A stretch of DNA of 63,838 nucleotides, the filler included, from Octopus bimaculoides (lineage: Eukaryota), in assembly GCF_001194135.2 (NCBI RefSeq). It is 4 parts of 4 records of this genome, joined end to end, with 100 filler letters (N's around TTAATTAATTAA, not from the genome) between each part and the next. Parts side by side here need not be neighbours in the genome. Positions count along the whole stretch, not along the records: positions 37,093 to 62,638 come from NC_068986.1; positions 62,739 to 63,838 come from NW_026388814.1; 2 more parts are not named here. The stretch is one strand, 5' to 3'. Positions 61,401 through 63,838 of this stretch are shown piece after piece. Both the position numbers and the translations under genes were made by a program. The notes below the pieces were generated by a model, which was not told the origin of the DNA, searched no databases, and was given only the letters and a program-made list of their open reading frames with translations. The number at the start of each line of letters is the position of its first letter. The first letter of the stretch is position 1.

Positions 61401-62084
61401 GATGAATGCAAATAAAAAAATCTGACACAAGTAAATAAATAAAAAAGTTATGAGATGTAATAAATTTTCCTCTTTTGGCTGCATCGTTTGATATAGATAA
61501 ATTATAATCTATTTTGTAGACTCCTATAAACATACACATATATACATACTGATATACACACATACACACACATATTTACATAGACTCACAAACGCGCGTA
61601 CACCNNNNNNNNNNNNNNNNNNNNNNNNNNNNNNNNNNNNNNNNNNNNNNNNNNNNNNNNNNNNNNNNNNNNNNNNNNNNNNNNNNNNNNNNNNNNNNNN
61701 NNNNNNNNNNNNNNNNNNNNNNNNNNNNNNNNNNNNNNNNNNNNNNNNNNNNNNNNNNNNNNNNNNNNNNNNNNNNNNNNNNNNNNNNNNNNNNNNNNNN
61801 NNNNNNNNNNNNNNNNNNNNNNNNNNNNNNNNNNNNNNNNNNNNNNNNNNNNNNNNNNNNNNNNNNNNNNNNNNNNNNNATATACATATACATACATACA
61901 TACATGTACATATAAGTACACACACACACATATATATGTATATGCATATGTGTGCATGTGTGTGTGCGTATGTGCGTAATTTGTGTGCTTGATTGCTTTT
62001 GCGGTTTTAAAGTACAGATATGTGTGCGCTAAAGTGTGTGTATGTGTGCATATACCTCCCTTATATAGATATACTTATACGTAT

Positions 62085-62370
<286 letters not shown>

Positions 62371-62738
62371 TTTGTCTGTGTTAATGTTGCTGTGTTTACG
62401 AGTATTAATCAAATGAATTTTGTTTAATGGTCTTAATGAGTTCTATCAACGAATAAAGAATGAGTCAATAACCATTTAATTGTCTAATGCAACGGCTTTT
62501 CCAATGCCAACATGAGTTGTAAAAGAATCTATTACCTATATAACGTTTGTTTTGTTGTTGTTGTTGTTGATGATGATGATGATGATGATTATGGTGATGT
62601 TGGTGGTGTTATTTCTGGAGTTGTTGGTTTATATATATNNNNNNNNNNNNNNNNNNNNNNNNNNNNNNNNNNNNNNNNNNNNTTAATTAATTAANNNNNN
62701 NNNNNNNNNNNNNNNNNNNNNNNNNNNNNNNNNNNNNN

Positions 62739-62776
<38 letters not shown>

Positions 62777-63207
62777 GCATGTATGTTTATGTACAAGTTT
62801 GTTTGTGTGTGTTATGTGTGCATGTATACATTCAAGTGTGTATGTGAGTGAAAGAGGGGAGGAGTGAATGAGATAAAAAATGAGACACTTAAGTGAATAA
62901 TTTCAACAGAAATTGTTGGTGCTTGGAATAATAGGAAGGATAAGAGTTATAAAATCCGGTTTTATAATCGAGGGGACAAGACGGCATTTGGTGTGTGTGT
63001 GTATGTGTGAGCGCGTGTAAGGGAGAAAAAGTGGGAGAGAGAGAAGACAGAGAGGGAAGATAGAGAGAGAGAGAAGAGAGAAAGAGACAGAGACAGAGGT
63101 TGTGCCAGAGTGTGTGCGTGCATAGTTAAGAAAAAGAGCGATAGGCGAGGTGCCAAATTTCAAGGAGAAAATTTGCAAGCAGACGACAGGTCACGGGGCC
63201 ATGGACC

Positions 63208-63289
63208 ATGGCAGCAGTTGGTGCTGGTGTGTGCAAAGAGCGAATTTCCGAAAAAGAAGAAGAAGAAGGAGAAATAATAAGAGTTAGAG
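63208..63289 (+). CDS. Candidate first coding exon (MAAVGAGVCKERISEKEEEEGEIIRVR); unverified
   Basis: accATGg context, an open frame of 27 codons plus 1 nt, then a consensus donor AG|GTGAGT at 63290. It follows a GA-rich leader in a CpG-enriched patch. No homology recognised. Confidence 0.22.
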
Positions 63290-63838
63290 GTGAGTTAGTC
63301 CTGTTTATCGAGATGTTTGTTAAGGGTGAAGTTTGAACATAGCGAAAAAAGGAAGAAATTTGCTTTTTCATATTATTTTTTCTTTCTCTTTTAAATAACC
63401 ACTTATTTCATGATTTATTCTTCAGTTTATTCCAGAGTTTCCAATGCGACATGACCGCCTTTCTTTCGCTCTCTCTCTCACACTTTTCTCTCTGTCTCTC
63501 TCTCTTTCACTTTTCCTTCCCTCACACACATACTCTCTCGCTTTTTCTTTTTCTCCCTTCTTGGAATTTGGCCACGCGCCATCAACTAACAGCTCTTTGA
63601 CAAGTGCAACTAAAACCACTCCCCACCTTACCGCTTAGCAGAAGACAACGAGATAAAAATTGCACCAGCTCTTATTAAAAACACACACACACACACAAAT
63701 ATACACAAAAAAAGAAACGAAATAAAAACTCCAAATAAATAGTAAACAATTAATGAAAAAAAAATATAATGAAAATGTTGTTGAGGTTTCGCCTTTATTT
63801 TCTAGATATACTTCAGTAAATCAGCATCTTGTTTGTCC

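Overview
This is eukaryotic, AT-rich, repeat-saturated non-coding DNA from a draft assembly, with about 24 N-gaps totalling roughly 9 kb. The SINE families, microsatellite density and LINE content point to an octopus genome (inference). No confident protein-coding gene, tRNA/rRNA gene or CRISPR array is visible. Nearly every ORF in the supplied track is microsatellite translation or reads through N-gaps. Supportable content: (1) about 30 copies or fragments of at least four tRNA-derived SINE families, named A-D here, plus a fifth (AAT)n-tailed repeat, E; (2) decayed Penelope-like elements (RT and GIY-YIG), Dong/R4-clade LINE pieces (CCHC finger and RLE endonuclease) and RTE-like LINE pieces; (3) two mariner transposase relics, tandem pogo/Tigger-type ends, and a 309-bp MITE with an 8-bp TSD inside a SINE head; (4) abundant compound microsatellites and minisatellites. 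I found no new enzymatic system. The most interesting signals are structural: two tight SINE fold-backs (26.3 kb and 31.7 kb) that would form long dsRNA if transcribed, modular SINEs sharing a core, a possible twin-primed RTE insertion, a Merlin-like MITE, a possible locally templated insertion, a pre-miRNA-like hairpin, and two CpG-rich patches (9.4-9.9 kb and 63.1-63.7 kb) that may be gene 5' ends. All alignments were done by eye and no database searches were run.
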